64,000 nucleotides of DNA from Patescibacteria group bacterium (GTDB lineage: Bacteria > Patescibacteriota > Patescibacteriia > 2-12-FULL-60-25), in the NCBI GenBank assembly GCA_029210915.1, contig JARGGJ010000004.1:15327-79326 (forward strand). The letters are read 5' to 3'. Within the stretch, counting starts at the first letter, position 1; every line of letters starts with the position of its first letter. The notes below the pieces were generated by a model that was not told the DNA's origin, searched no databases, and saw only the letters and a list, made by a program, of their open reading frames with translations. Below, piece after piece: positions 17,533 through 27,760 of the stretch. The translations under genes and the position numbers were made by a program.

Positions 17533-18252
17533 TTACTCGGCATTTGTGTAGACGTTGGTTATATCATCGTGCTCTTCGAGTTTGGCGATGATTTCTGCGA
17601 CTTTGGATGCGACATCTGAGTCGATTGGGATTGTGGATTTGGGGATCCATTCCAAGCCTGCGGATGTGATGTTTAGTTTGACTTTGGTTGCGGCATCGTT
17701 GATGCTTGAGAGATCAGCGGGAGTTGATACAATCACGCTCCCCTCCTCTTCGTGCGCAATATCCTCGGCACCGGATTCGATAAGCTCCATCTCAACATCA
17801 TCGCGAGCAGACTCGGGGATTAAATTTGTTCTAATTATTCCTTTTTGATCGAATAGATAGGTAACCGCTCCTTGGCCAGCGAGAGAACCTCCGTTTTTAC
17901 TTAAAATTAGTTTTACCTCGTTACCAGTGCGATTGCGATTATCGGAAACACATTCGATGATTAGCGCCGTGCCTCCGGGCGCGTATGCCTCGTAGACAAG
18001 CTCTTCTATGATGGATTCACCAGCTCCACCGGAACCGCGTGTAATTGCGCGTTCGATATTATCTTTGGGCATGTTACTGGCGCGAGCTCTATCGATTGCC
18101 AGGCGCAACTGAAAGTTCATATCCGGGTTGGGGCCTTTGCCTCGAGCCGCGACCTCGATTTCGCGTGCGAGGCGTGTAAAGTTTGCCGCGCGTTTGGCGT
18201 CGGCGGCGCCTTTCTTGTTTTTAATTGTAGACCATTTGCTGTGACCAGACAT
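17533..18252 (-). CDS. YebC/PmpR-family transcriptional regulator
   Basis: 239 aa. MSGHSKWSTIKNKKGAADAKRAANFTRLAREI... is the canonical YebC N-terminus, and the yebC-ruvC order is common. Confidence 0.9.
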   Translation of the reverse strand: MSGHSKWSTIKNKKGAADAKRAANFTRLAREIEVAARGKGPNPDMNFQLRLAIDRARASNMPKDNIERAITRGSGGAGESIIEELVYEAYAPGGTALIIECVSDNRNRTGNEVKLILSKNGGSLAGQGAVTYLFDQKGIIRTNLIPESARDDVEMELIESGAEDIAHEEEGSVIVSTPADLSSINDAATKVKLNITSAGLEWIPKSTIPIDSDVASKVAEIIAKLEEHDDITNVYTNAE

Positions 18253-18462
18253 AAAATGTAAACATTACCAAATATTAAACAAATACTTACAAAGTTTTAC
18301 AAAATAATCCTGTTATGACAACTAAGAATTAGGACTAAGTACTATGACTTGTGTTTGATTAAGTTACCCCAAAGTTTAATTGCGGGCAAGTTCTTGACTT
18401 GGGATTTCTTTTGATGCAATATTCTTTACTTCCGATGCACCTTTAATTTTACGGAGGAAACA

Positions 18463-18753
18463 ATGGGGCTGGTGGCCATGATAATCCGATCGCACGCCGA
18501 TGGAACCGTTAAGGTTGCGGTAAAACGAAGCTGTGTCAAAGAAACGCCTTGTGCGCACGGTATAGTTTTGGGTACTTTGACCAACGATTCGAGTGGTATA
18601 AGTACCATAATGAGTTTAGCCGGTATGGATAATGATATCGGCGAGAATGTAGCTACGGCGCTTGAAGAGTTGTTGGCGAAAGCTTTTGAGTTGGGAATGA
18701 ACGAAGCTGAACAGATCGGCAAATTAACTTCTCCAACTTATCCCCCTCCGTAA
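18463..18753 (+). CDS. Hypothetical protein
   Basis: 96 aa. Strong SD (acGGAGGaaacaATG), a TTGACT-17-CAATAT promoter candidate upstream and a stem-loop plus T-run terminator at 18801-18824. The antisense ORF 18426-18722 has none of these. No family recognised. Confidence 0.55.
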   Translation: MGLVAMIIRSHADGTVKVAVKRSCVKETPCAHGIVLGTLTNDSSGISTIMSLAGMDNDIGENVATALEELLAKAFELGMNEAEQIGKLTSPTYPPP

Positions 18754-18795
18754 GCTGATATCGCCAAAGGCGATCAAGAGCTGATGGTTGATGGC
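18754..18795. repeat. gatatcgccaaaggcgat...agagctgatgg element
   Basis: gctgatatcgccaaaggcgatcaagagctgatgg. The second copy, gccgatatcgccaaaggccgattaagagctgatgg, lies at 50689-50728. Both are just 3-prime of plus-strand orphan genes. Confidence 0.85.
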
Positions 18796-18800
18796 TTTTA

Positions 18801-18824
18801 GACGCAGACTCTGCGTCTTTTTTG
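18801..18824 (+). terminator. Terminator of the 18463-18753 gene
   Basis: GACGCAGA-ctc-TGCGTC-tttttt. Confidence 0.8.
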
Positions 18825-18828
18825 TACT

Positions 18829-18853
18829 CAAAAACGCCCTGGTGGGCGTTTTT
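18829..18853. terminator. Bidirectional terminator (serves rpoC on the minus strand)
   Basis: aaaaa-CGCCC-tggt-GGGCG-ttttt, about 45 nt past the rpoC stop. Confidence 0.75.
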
Positions 18854-18895
18854 GAGGTGCAGTGGCGACTACCTTGGGTCGCCGCTACAGTTGTT

Positions 18896-21800
18896 TTATT
18901 CTGATTTTTCTGTTTTTTCTGATTCTAATGCTTCGGGTTTTACGTTGTCGATTTCTTCGGGGTCGTAATCGCCATCTTCAGTGTCCGCGTCTTCTTCATC
19001 ATCTTCTTCTTGAAGCTCTGGGAAAAGTTCCGGGTGATGGTAGGAGAAGCCGGTTCCGGCTGGGACTAAGCGACCGATGATAACGTTTTCTTTTAAGCCT
19101 TCGAGCAAGTCGACTTTGCCGGTTATGGCAGCGTGTATTAGCACGCGAGCAGTCTCTTGGAAGGATGCGGATGAAAGGAAGGATTCGGTTGTGAGCGCGA
19201 CTTTGGTAATACCCATGAAGAGTTCTTCGAGAACTGCCGGTTCGCCGCCGGTTTCCACGACTTTGCGATTAACATCCTCGGAACGAGCGCGTTCAACGAT
19301 TTCGCCCGGTAAAAGCTCGGTATTGCCGGAATCGCGTACGTAGGCGCGCGAGAACATTTGGCGAATGATAACCTCTATATGTTTGGAGTTGATGCGTTGG
19401 CCTTGGGTTGCGTAGATAGAGAGAATCTCGCGGAGAACATAGTTCATAACTGCAGGGCGGCCCTTTGTTTTGTAAAGGAGGTGCAAATCCCAGTGACCCT
19501 CGGTGAGCACATCACCGGCCTGCACTTCATCGCCGTCTTTAACGAGAATCTTAAAGCCAACCGGAGTTTGATACTCGTGAGCGGATTTACCTTCCCAAAC
19601 AATAAATATCTTGCGTTTGTCGAGGCGTACCGTACCTGTGTGCTCGGATACAATCTCTGTACCATCTTTGCGTACAATAATTACCTGGCCTTCTGTTACT
19701 TTGCCGCCATCTTCCACTTTAACTTCATCCTTAGCGGTAACTACAAATGCATCTTCACGCATTTCATCGGCAAGGATGCGGATAATTTTACCTGTTCTAG
19801 CTTGGTCTACAATACGTTGACCGCCAATGACTTGGATTTCGTGAGCTTCGGGTTCCGCAATTTCAATTTTACCGGAAACCTCGGCCATAACAGCTTTGTG
19901 TTTAGGGATGCGGGCCTCTACCAATTCTTCAACACGAGGAAGACCTTGGGTAATATCAACACCTGTTGCAACACCACCGGTGTGGAAGGTGCGCATGGTA
20001 AGCTGAGTACCAGGTTCACCAATGGATTGAGCGGCAACAACACCAACAGCGGCTCCAAGGTTTACGTGTTCGTTATATGCCAAGTCGTAACCATAACATC
20101 TGGCGCAAAGACCGCGGGCATTACGGCATTTCATAACGGAGCGCACATGAGCTTCGGCAAGCGGTTTCTCTGCGGCTTTCAAGATTTGAATGTGTTCATC
20201 TGTAATAAGTGTATCTTTGGCGACAATCACTTTCTTGGTATCCGGGTGTTTGATTTCTTTTACGGTGTAACGACCCAAAATACGGGTTAGCAAGCCTTCA
20301 CCGATTTCTTCACACTCTTCGTGTGTTAAGAGGTGGCCATCATCATCTCCACAGTCTTCGCAGGTGATAATAACATCCTGGGCTACATCTACAAGACGGC
20401 GGGTTAAGTGGCCGGCGTTGGCGGTTTTAAGAGCCGTATCGGTTAAACCTTTTCTGGTACCGTGGGATGAGATGAAATATTCCAAAACGTCCAAGCCTTG
20501 GCGGAAAGAGGATTTGATGGGAAGCTCGATAATACCACCGGAAGGGTTGGTAACGAGGCCTTTCATACCCACAACTTGCATCAGCTGAACAATGGAACCG
20601 CGGGCGCCGGAATCAATCATAGCCGCAACGGATCCCTCTTTATTAAGTGCCGATTTGGAAAGATTTTTAATGCGATCCTGAATGTCAGACCAAACTTTAA
20701 TAATTTGAGTATAACGTTCGCGTTTGGTGAGTAAACCATCTCTGTATTGTTCTTCGATAATCTTAACGCGGCCGGCGGCTTCTTCCATAATATCATCCTT
20801 TTCCACGATGGTTGGAAGGTCACCGACACCGTAAGAGAAACCGGATTTGGTAATATATTTGTAACCCAGCGCTTTGATTCTATCCAAAAGTTGAGCGGTT
20901 ACCTCAAAACCAAATTGATCGATCGAGCTTTGCGTGATTTCGGCAAGTTGTTTTTTGCCAAGCAAGTCGTTTTTAAACGGCATACCTTCGGGCAAGATTC
21001 GATTAAACAAGACACGACCAACGGTAGTCTCTGTAGGTTTTTCACCGGGGTTTAAGCGAACATTGATTTTTTCACGAATTGGCAGATAACCGGCTTGATA
21101 TGCGTAGACAGCCTCGTCTGTAGATGCGAAGTTACGTGTTTTATCACCCTCGGGTTCAAACATCGAGGTCATGTAATAGACTCCCCAAACAATATCTTGA
21201 GATGGAGTTGTAACAGGGGTTCCGGTGGCCGGTTTAAGCAAGTTCTTGGTAGACAACATTATATCGCGAGCCTCGGTGCGTGCTTCTTCGGTTAACGGGA
21301 CGTGAACAGCCATTTGATCTCCATCGAAGTCGGCGTTAAAAGCGGAACAGACCAATGGATGAATTTGGATGGATTTGCCCTCGATAAGAACCGGTTGGAA
21401 ACCTTGGATGCCCAAGCGGTGAAGAGTTGGAGCACGGTTTAGAAGAACGACAGCATCACGCGCTATGTTTTCCAGAATATCCCAAACCTCGGGATTATCG
21501 GATTCGATAAACCTGTTGGCACTGCGGATATTGTGAACGATCTCTTGTTTGATGAGCTGGGAAATGATGAATGGACGGAACAGCTCGAGAGCCATGGTTT
21601 TAGGCAATCCGCATTGATGCATTTTTAGATATGGACCAACAACGATAACGGAACGGCCGGAATAGTCTACGCGTTTACCAAGTAGGTTTTGGCGGAAACG
21701 GCCTTGCTTTCCTTTTAAGCCATCAGCTAAAGATTTTAGCTGGCGTTTTTTACCCGTTGAGGCTAATACGGTTTTTGAATGGCGAGCGCTGTTATCAATA

Positions 21801-22921
21801 AGTGCGTCTACAGCTTCTTGAAGCATGCGTTTTTCGTTTCTGGTAATAACCTCTGGGGCATGAAGTTCGATTAGACGCTTTAAGCGATTGTTGCGATTGA
21901 TAACACGGCGATATAAATCGTTTAAATCGGAGGTGGCAAACCGGCCTCCATCCAAAGCAACCATCGGGCGCATATCCGGAGGAGTGACAGGCACAACTTT
22001 CAGTACCATCCAATTTGGTTCAATTTTTTGTTGATTGAATGATTTTAAGAGTTTTAGACGGCGAATGAGATGCTCGTATTTTGCACCGCCGGCTTTTAAC
22101 AACTCTTCTTCCAAGACAGCAACCGTAGCGTCTACATCAATCTTTTTTAAGAGTTCATCCAAAGCCTCGGCTCCGATTTTGGCTTCAAAAATATGACCGA
22201 ATTTTAGCGCGTACTCGTGGTATTCGTTCTCGGAAAGAATCTTAAGCGGTTGAAGAGTTTTTAATTCTTTCTCGGCTTCGCTGTTATCTTCGTCGAGTTC
22301 GGTGAGCTTGCGTTCTTTATCGCCATGAGCACGATCGAGTTCTTTGGTTTTTTCGGCCTCTTTCATGTCGGCCTTTTCATTTATACGCTGAACATTGCGC
22401 TCGTACTCGGATTCGATTTGTTTGCGTTTGCCTTTATACTCTGTACGCAATTGCTCGATAACTTGCTCACGAAGCTCGTCATCGACTTCGGTGACTATGA
22501 AGGATGCAAAGTAAACAACCTTTTCCAGATTCATAACCGAGAGGTCGAGCACGGTACCGATGCGCGATGGAACACCGCGCAAAAACCAGATATGTGTAAC
22601 CGGCGCGGCAAGCTCAATGTGACCCATGCGTTCGCGGCGAACAAGTGAGTGAGTTACCTCCACTCCGCATTTGTCGCAGATGATTCCTTTGTAGCGAATC
22701 TTCTTATATTTTCCGCAATAACATTCCCAATCTTTTGATGGGCCAAAAATCTCTTCGGCAAATAAGCCGCTTTTCTCGGGTTTTTGTGTGCGGTAGTTGA
22801 TTGTCTCAGGCTTTGTTACCTCGCCGTAAGACCAGTCGCGGATTGTTTCGGGCGAAGCAAGCTTGAGCCTAATGCCGTTAAAATCCGTGGTTTTGACGTT
22901 TTCTGTTTGAAAAAATGACAT
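18896..22921 (-). CDS. rpoC: DNA-directed RNA polymerase subunit beta-prime
   Basis: 1341 aa with the catalytic [14 protein letters not shown] motif and a poly-acidic C-terminal tail. Immediately downstream of rpoB. Confidence 0.97.
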   Translation of the reverse strand: MSFFQTENVKTTDFNGIRLKLASPETIRDWSYGEVTKPETINYRTQKPEKSGLFAEEIFGPSKDWECYCGKYKKIRYKGIICDKCGVEVTHSLVRRERMGHIELAAPVTHIWFLRGVPSRIGTVLDLSVMNLEKVVYFASFIVTEVDDELREQVIEQLRTEYKGKRKQIESEYERNVQRINEKADMKEAEKTKELDRAHGDKERKLTELDEDNSEAEKELKTLQPLKILSENEYHEYALKFGHIFEAKIGAEALDELLKKIDVDATVAVLEEELLKAGGAKYEHLIRRLKLLKSFNQQKIEPNWMVLKVVPVTPPDMRPMVALDGGRFATSDLNDLYRRVINRNNRLKRLIELHAPEVITRNEKRMLQEAVDALIDNSARHSKTVLASTGKKRQLKSLADGLKGKQGRFRQNLLGKRVDYSGRSVIVVGPYLKMHQCGLPKTMALELFRPFIISQLIKQEIVHNIRSANRFIESDNPEVWDILENIARDAVVLLNRAPTLHRLGIQGFQPVLIEGKSIQIHPLVCSAFNADFDGDQMAVHVPLTEEARTEARDIMLSTKNLLKPATGTPVTTPSQDIVWGVYYMTSMFEPEGDKTRNFASTDEAVYAYQAGYLPIREKINVRLNPGEKPTETTVGRVLFNRILPEGMPFKNDLLGKKQLAEITQSSIDQFGFEVTAQLLDRIKALGYKYITKSGFSYGVGDLPTIVEKDDIMEEAAGRVKIIEEQYRDGLLTKRERYTQIIKVWSDIQDRIKNLSKSALNKEGSVAAMIDSGARGSIVQLMQVVGMKGLVTNPSGGIIELPIKSSFRQGLDVLEYFISSHGTRKGLTDTALKTANAGHLTRRLVDVAQDVIITCEDCGDDDGHLLTHEECEEIGEGLLTRILGRYTVKEIKHPDTKKVIVAKDTLITDEHIQILKAAEKPLAEAHVRSVMKCRNARGLCARCYGYDLAYNEHVNLGAAVGVVAAQSIGEPGTQLTMRTFHTGGVATGVDITQGLPRVEELVEARIPKHKAVMAEVSGKIEIAEPEAHEIQVIGGQRIVDQARTGKIIRILADEMREDAFVVTAKDEVKVEDGGKVTEGQVIIVRKDGTEIVSEHTGTVRLDKRKIFIVWEGKSAHEYQTPVGFKILVKDGDEVQAGDVLTEGHWDLHLLYKTKGRPAVMNYVLREILSIYATQGQRINSKHIEVIIRQMFSRAYVRDSGNTELLPGEIVERARSEDVNRKVVETGGEPAVLEELFMGITKVALTTESFLSSASFQETARVLIHAAITGKVDLLEGLKENVIIGRLVPAGTGFSYHHPELFPELQEEDDEEDADTEDGDYDPEEIDNVKPEALESEKTEKSE

Positions 22922-22930
22922 AAGCGAGGA

Positions 22931-25900
22931 TTAAGATTTAGGAGATACTTCATTATTAGATTCCCAGGTGAACTCTTCCGTTGCCGAGGCTGTTTGTTTG
23001 ATTACCGCGGGTTTTGTTTCTTCCAGACGTTTTCCGTTCTTTAACAGTTCAACCTCCAAACACAAACCTTTAAGCTCGCGCATAAGAACGTTGAATGATT
23101 CTGGAACGTTGACTTTGGAAATCGGCTCGCCTTTGATGATAGCCTCGTAAGCTTTAGAACGGCCAACAACATCATCAGATTTGATGGTAAGAATTTCTTG
23201 CAAAGTATGAGCAGCGCCGTAAGCTTCCAAAGACCAAACTTCCATTTCTCCAAAACGCTGACCACCTGATTGAGCCTTACCTCCCAATGGTTGTTGAGTG
23301 ATAAGTGAGTAAGGGCCAATGGAGCGTTGGTGAATTTTATCTTCTACCATGTGAACCAGTTTCAAAATGTAGTTGTAGCCAACTGTTGGCGCGTGTTCGT
23401 AAGATTCACCGGTTCGGCCATCAAATAATTTAATCTTTCCGTCCTCGGGATAGTTGCCTTTGGCTAATTCTTCGTGAATTGTTTGTTCGGAGATACCATC
23501 AAAAACCGGAGTGGCTACATTATATCCACCGGCATTAGCCGCGAGACCCATATGCGTTTCCAAAATCTGACCCAAGTTCATACGAGAAACAACGCCAAGC
23601 GGGGAAAGAATGATATCGACCGGTGTTCCGTCTTCCAAGAAAGGAAGATCCTCTACGGGAACGATGCGGGATATAACACCCTTGTTACCGTGGCGGCCGG
23701 CGAGTTTATCGCCAACTTGGATTTTGCGAAGGTCGGCTACGGCTATAACGATGCGTTTTAATACACCGGGTTGAAGCTTATCGCCGTTTTCGCGTGTGAA
23801 GGTTGTGATGCCTACAATTTTACCGCGAGCACCGTGCTGAAGGTAAAGCGATGTATCGCGGACATCGCGGGCTTTTTCTCCAAAGATGGCACGCAGAAGT
23901 TTTTCTTCGGCGGATAAATCGGTCTCGCCTTTTGGTGTGATTTTACCAACTAAAATATCACCGGATTTTACTTCGGCACCAATACGGATTACACCGTTTT
24001 CATCCAGATTTTTGAGTTTTTCCTCGGATACATTTGGGATATCGTTGGTAACAACTTCGGGGCCAAGCTTGGTATCGCGGACATCCATGGCGAAGTGCTC
24101 GATATGCACAGAGGTGAAACGATCTTGATGAACCAAGCGTTCGGAAAGGATAATAGCATCTTCAAAGTTGTAGCCGTCCCAACAGAGATATGTGCAAAGC
24201 AAGTTTTGACCGAGAGCGAGTTCCCCGTTTTGGCAGGATGCTCCGTCAACTAAAACTTCGCCGGCATAAACTTTTTGATCTTTATCTACACGAACATGTT
24301 GGTTTAAACAGGTTGATTGGTTGGAGCGTTGGAATTTGATTAGCTCGTAGCGATGTATCTCGCCACGTTCCGTTGTTATTTCCACATGATTCGCGGCAAG
24401 TGATGTGATAGTGCCATCATCCGGAGCCAAGATGGCATGGCCGGAATCTACAGCCGCACGACGCTCTACACCCGTGCCGACAATCGGAGCATCGGGTTTG
24501 ATGCATGGCACAGCCTGGCGTTGCATGTTGGAACCCATAAGCGCGCGCTGGCCATCATCGTGCTCAACGAAAGGAATGAGGGAAGTTGATATTGATAGAA
24601 TTTGTTTTGAGGAAACATCCAGGTAATCTATTTCGTGAACATCGACAACCGTAGGCTCGCCGTTTTTACGAGCAGGTGTACGGTCTACCAAAAAGTTTCC
24701 TTGTCTATCGATTGGGGTTGTGGCCGGGGCCGTTGTTCCACGCTCTTCGGTGAAGGCGTTTAAGTAAACAATTTCACCTGTAACTTTTGGAATCAAAGGA
24801 ATTTGAGTGAGTGGAAGATCGGTGAGTTTTTTGGCGATTTCTTTGGTTACTTCATTGCCGGCTTTGGCAATGGATTTTCCGGAACCGTCGTTAACATCTA
24901 CACGCAAGATTCCACCAACAGCATCTTTGCCGTCGTTTTGCGCCCAGTTCTTGACCTTGCGATATGGAGTCTCGATAAATCCATACTCGTTGATACGAGC
25001 ATAGCTACTCATGTGGCCAACAAGACCGATGCTTGGGCCTTCGGGAGATTGAATGGGGCAAATACGGCCATAGTGAGTGCGGTGCACATCGCGGACTTCG
25101 AAACCGGCACGCTCGCGGGTTAAACCTCCGGGGCCTGTGGCTGATAAACGACGTTTATGCTCGAGCTCTGAAAGCGGATTGGTTTGATCCATGAACTGCG
25201 AGAGTTGGGATGACATGAAGAACTCGCGCACAGCGGCAATAACCGGGCGGGCGTTGATAAGCCTGCCGGGAGTCAGCACGCTAATATCCTGGGTGCTCAT
25301 GCGATCTTTGATGATGCGCTCCATGCGAGCCAAACCAATGCGGAAACGGCCTTTGATAAGCTCACCAATGGCGCGGACACGGCGATTACCCAAGTGGTCG
25401 ACATCATCCGGTTCTTCTTGAGTATTGTTTAATCTGATTATTTCTTTAAGAATGGCTACCAAATCTTCTTTGGAAAGGATACGGTTCTCTTCGGCAAAAA
25501 CCATTTCATGATCCCAAGGCATGCCAAAGCGTTGATTGAATTTATAACGACCAACCGGACCCAAGTCATAACGCTCGAACTTGAAGAACATGGAGTGAAT
25601 AAGCGACTTGGCGTTATCGGCAGTGGCGAGATCACCCGGGCGTATGCGTTTGTAGACTTCGATATAACCTTCGTCTTCGGTTTTGGCGGAATCTTTGGCC
25701 AGAGTTGATTCGATGTATTTGTTCATCGGGTGAATATCAACATCTTCGAAGGCTTTCAAAATATCCTCATCTTCCGTTAAACCAAAAGTTCTAAGCAGTG
25801 AAGTTGCGGCCACTTTGCGTTTGCGGTCGATTTTGACGTAAATGACATGATTGGAATCGGTCTCAAACTCAAGCCAGGCACCGCGGTCGGGAATAACTTT

Positions 25901-26386
25901 AGCGCCATAGTAACGGCGGCCGCGCGCGCTTTCGGCGGTAAAGAATGCACCGGCGGAACGGACCAGCTGAGAAATAACAACACGCTCGACACCATTGATA
26001 ACAAAAGTACCGCGGTCTGTCATGACGGGAAGATCGCCTAAATATATTTCTTGTTCTTTGGATTCACCGGAACGCTTGTTGACCAAACGAGTTTTTACGC
26101 GAAGAGGAGCCTCGTAAGTGATGCTCTTTTTCTTTGATGTCTTCTCGTCAAACTTTGGTTCGTCTAAAAAATAATCAACGAATGAAAGTTCGAGATCACG
26201 GCCAATAAAATCTCGGACCGGGGAAATCTCGTGAAACAGATCTTTGATACCTGTTTCGATGAACCAGCGATAGCTTTGCTTTTGAACCTCGATTAAATCG
26301 GGTAAAGCCATGGCATCGCGTGATGCGGTAAAATAACGACGCTCGCGATCTTTTACATCTTGGCGTCTGAAAACCATTTTACTCAT
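22931..26386 (-). CDS. rpoB: DNA-directed RNA polymerase subunit beta
   Basis: 1151 aa with conserved blocks throughout (GDKLAGRHGNKGVISRI, GGQRFGEMEVWSLEAYGAAHTLQE). Confidence 0.97.
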   Translation of the reverse strand: MSKMVFRRQDVKDRERRYFTASRDAMALPDLIEVQKQSYRWFIETGIKDLFHEISPVRDFIGRDLELSFVDYFLDEPKFDEKTSKKKSITYEAPLRVKTRLVNKRSGESKEQEIYLGDLPVMTDRGTFVINGVERVVISQLVRSAGAFFTAESARGRRYYGAKVIPDRGAWLEFETDSNHVIYVKIDRKRKVAATSLLRTFGLTEDEDILKAFEDVDIHPMNKYIESTLAKDSAKTEDEGYIEVYKRIRPGDLATADNAKSLIHSMFFKFERYDLGPVGRYKFNQRFGMPWDHEMVFAEENRILSKEDLVAILKEIIRLNNTQEEPDDVDHLGNRRVRAIGELIKGRFRIGLARMERIIKDRMSTQDISVLTPGRLINARPVIAAVREFFMSSQLSQFMDQTNPLSELEHKRRLSATGPGGLTRERAGFEVRDVHRTHYGRICPIQSPEGPSIGLVGHMSSYARINEYGFIETPYRKVKNWAQNDGKDAVGGILRVDVNDGSGKSIAKAGNEVTKEIAKKLTDLPLTQIPLIPKVTGEIVYLNAFTEERGTTAPATTPIDRQGNFLVDRTPARKNGEPTVVDVHEIDYLDVSSKQILSISTSLIPFVEHDDGQRALMGSNMQRQAVPCIKPDAPIVGTGVERRAAVDSGHAILAPDDGTITSLAANHVEITTERGEIHRYELIKFQRSNQSTCLNQHVRVDKDQKVYAGEVLVDGASCQNGELALGQNLLCTYLCWDGYNFEDAIILSERLVHQDRFTSVHIEHFAMDVRDTKLGPEVVTNDIPNVSEEKLKNLDENGVIRIGAEVKSGDILVGKITPKGETDLSAEEKLLRAIFGEKARDVRDTSLYLQHGARGKIVGITTFTRENGDKLQPGVLKRIVIAVADLRKIQVGDKLAGRHGNKGVISRIVPVEDLPFLEDGTPVDIILSPLGVVSRMNLGQILETHMGLAANAGGYNVATPVFDGISEQTIHEELAKGNYPEDGKIKLFDGRTGESYEHAPTVGYNYILKLVHMVEDKIHQRSIGPYSLITQQPLGGKAQSGGQRFGEMEVWSLEAYGAAHTLQEILTIKSDDVVGRSKAYEAIIKGEPISKVNVPESFNVLMRELKGLCLEVELLKNGKRLEETKPAVIKQTASATEEFTWESNNEVSPKS

Positions 26387-26497
26387 GGTGTGACGTGTTT
26401 AATCCCGAGAAAAGCCTTAGCCGGACCAGAACTGCAGACATAAGAGCGGAGAGTCTGGCGACAGTAAGAATTTAAAGCGGGTTTTTTAGATAAGAAA

Positions 26498-26527
26498 CAA
26501 AAAGCCTCCGAAAGTTCGGGGTTTTTG
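26498..26527 (-). terminator. Stem-loop flanked by A and T runs inside the rpoB leader (possible attenuator or insulator)
   Basis: Minus-strand reading aaaaaCCCCGAActTTCGGAGGcttttt, about 115-140 nt upstream of the rpoB ATG. Confidence 0.4.
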
Positions 26528-26649
26528 GATGGGTTTATTTTTAGACAGAAGTGATATGCATGAAATAATGTTGACTCCCTATTTTGGAGAGTTTTTTGCC
26601 GCTTAATGCAGCAGATAATTTTTCTGTCAAATTTTTGTTTACTCGCGCG

Positions 26650-26678
26650 ATTATCACATTATTGAGCTTAGTTGTCAA
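26650..26678 (-). promoter_or_regulatory. Candidate rpoBC promoter (TTGACA-17 nt-GATAAT on the minus strand)
   Basis: The plus strand shows tgtcaa at 26673-26678 and attatc at 26650-26655. This implies a leader of about 255 nt before the rpoB ATG. Confidence 0.45.
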
Positions 26679-26774
26679 GCTTTCTGTGGATGAATCTTAT
26701 AATCATCTTTTGTAAACCTTGGCAATATTTGATACTTTTTAAGTTAACTCAGCAAAAAACAATAATAGAGCCAC

Positions 26775-26804
26775 TTGACATATCCCCAAATTCCTGCTTA
26801 AATA
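26775..26804 (+). promoter_or_regulatory. Promoter P1 for ORF246
   Basis: TTGACA (26775-26780), 17-18 nt spacer, TAAATA. The ATG lies 58 nt downstream with a GGAGG SD. Confidence 0.6.
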
Positions 26805-26861
26805 AATAATCTTGCTTTTTATCTGGCAAAAAAACGTTCATTACAAGAATCGGAGGCGGTT

Positions 26862-27602
26862 ATGCTTCAAACCTATCTACAAAAAAGAAGGGCGGTTGCG
26901 GAACTTTTGCACTGCGCTGAAAGATTGGCAAAGTGCATCGAGTGCAGACAAGTGGATGACCACTTGTTGGATATTGCGTGGAATCTCCTTCACAGACACG
27001 CCAAGTCACGCAGACTTTTGAAGGAATTCAACGCTCTTTTGCCGGAGGCACTGGAAAAAGCACCTCGCACATCCAAAGGTTACCGCCTCTGCGATGAGCA
27101 GGTGGAGCACCTTGCCCAGGCCAAGCAAACGTTTGAACTGCGGGCATACGCCTTAAGCGTTGAACTGGCGGAACTGGCGGAAAGCCGGCTAAAACGCGAT
27201 CTTGAAGCCCTGAACGAGTGGTGGAAGCACTGCTCCGCCGAAGAACGAGACATCGCTTTTTCGGCGATTGCTTCGGCAACAGGTGCCAACAAGCCGGCAC
27301 GATTGCTCTCGGCGGCAAAGGGCGAGAAGCGCATCATGCTTTTGGCTCTAGGCATGGAGGCTGTCGAGCTTGTCTACAAGCAAGCTCGAGTGCAAGCCGC
27401 GAAATGGAAAGCTTTGAATGACAAAGACCAAAGAAAGGTCATGAAAAGCATCCATACGCACACCGGAATGGATCCGAATGAATGGTGGAGCCGAGCCACC
27501 ATCATTGAAAGGACAAAGGTTTTGAAAGAGCTTCTAGGCGTTCTGGAAGATGCGGAAGAGGCAAAAAAAGCTCTGAAAAAGAGCAAAACCGGTACCGCCT
27601 AA
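26862..27602 (+). CDS. Orphan hypothetical protein ORF246 (mostly helical, no recognisable motif)
   Basis: 246 aa. SD GGAGG 5 nt before the ATG, own TTGACA promoter at 26775 and terminator at 27608. Higher G+C than the neighbours by eye. Confidence 0.65.
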   Translation: MLQTYLQKRRAVAELLHCAERLAKCIECRQVDDHLLDIAWNLLHRHAKSRRLLKEFNALLPEALEKAPRTSKGYRLCDEQVEHLAQAKQTFELRAYALSVELAELAESRLKRDLEALNEWWKHCSAEERDIAFSAIASATGANKPARLLSAAKGEKRIMLLALGMEAVELVYKQARVQAAKWKALNDKDQRKVMKSIHTHTGMDPNEWWSRATIIERTKVLKELLGVLEDAEEAKKALKKSKTGTA

Positions 27603-27607
27603 CCTTG

Positions 27608-27636
27608 ACCCGACTGTAAAGTCGGGTTTTCTTTTT
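27608..27636 (+). terminator. Intrinsic terminator after ORF246
   Basis: ACCCGACT-gtaa-AGTCGGGT followed by tttcttttt. Confidence 0.8.
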
Positions 27637-27725
27637 ATCTATTTTTAGCCTAATTTTGTAAATTTGGCTTAACTAAGGCAATATTTTTTTGGCTAAGTTC
27701 AGCTTAAAAAACATGCCAAGCACTC

Positions 27726-27754
27726 TTGACAAAATGCTCTTTTTGTGGTATAGT
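27726..27754 (+). promoter_or_regulatory. Promoter P2 driving the structured RNA region
   Basis: TTGACA (27726-27731), 17-nt spacer, TATAGT (27749-27754). This is the best promoter match in the window. Confidence 0.65.
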
Positions 27755-27760
27755 TATTTG

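Noticed and set aside
19358-20290. 310-aa plus-strand ORF inside rpoC. The same applies to 33172-33918 in ftsK, 42570-43208 in trxB, 12780-13316 in gyrA and 35754-36629 in the M23 gene.
   Set aside because: These are antisense or out-of-frame shadows of unambiguous conserved genes, and their translations are low-complexity.
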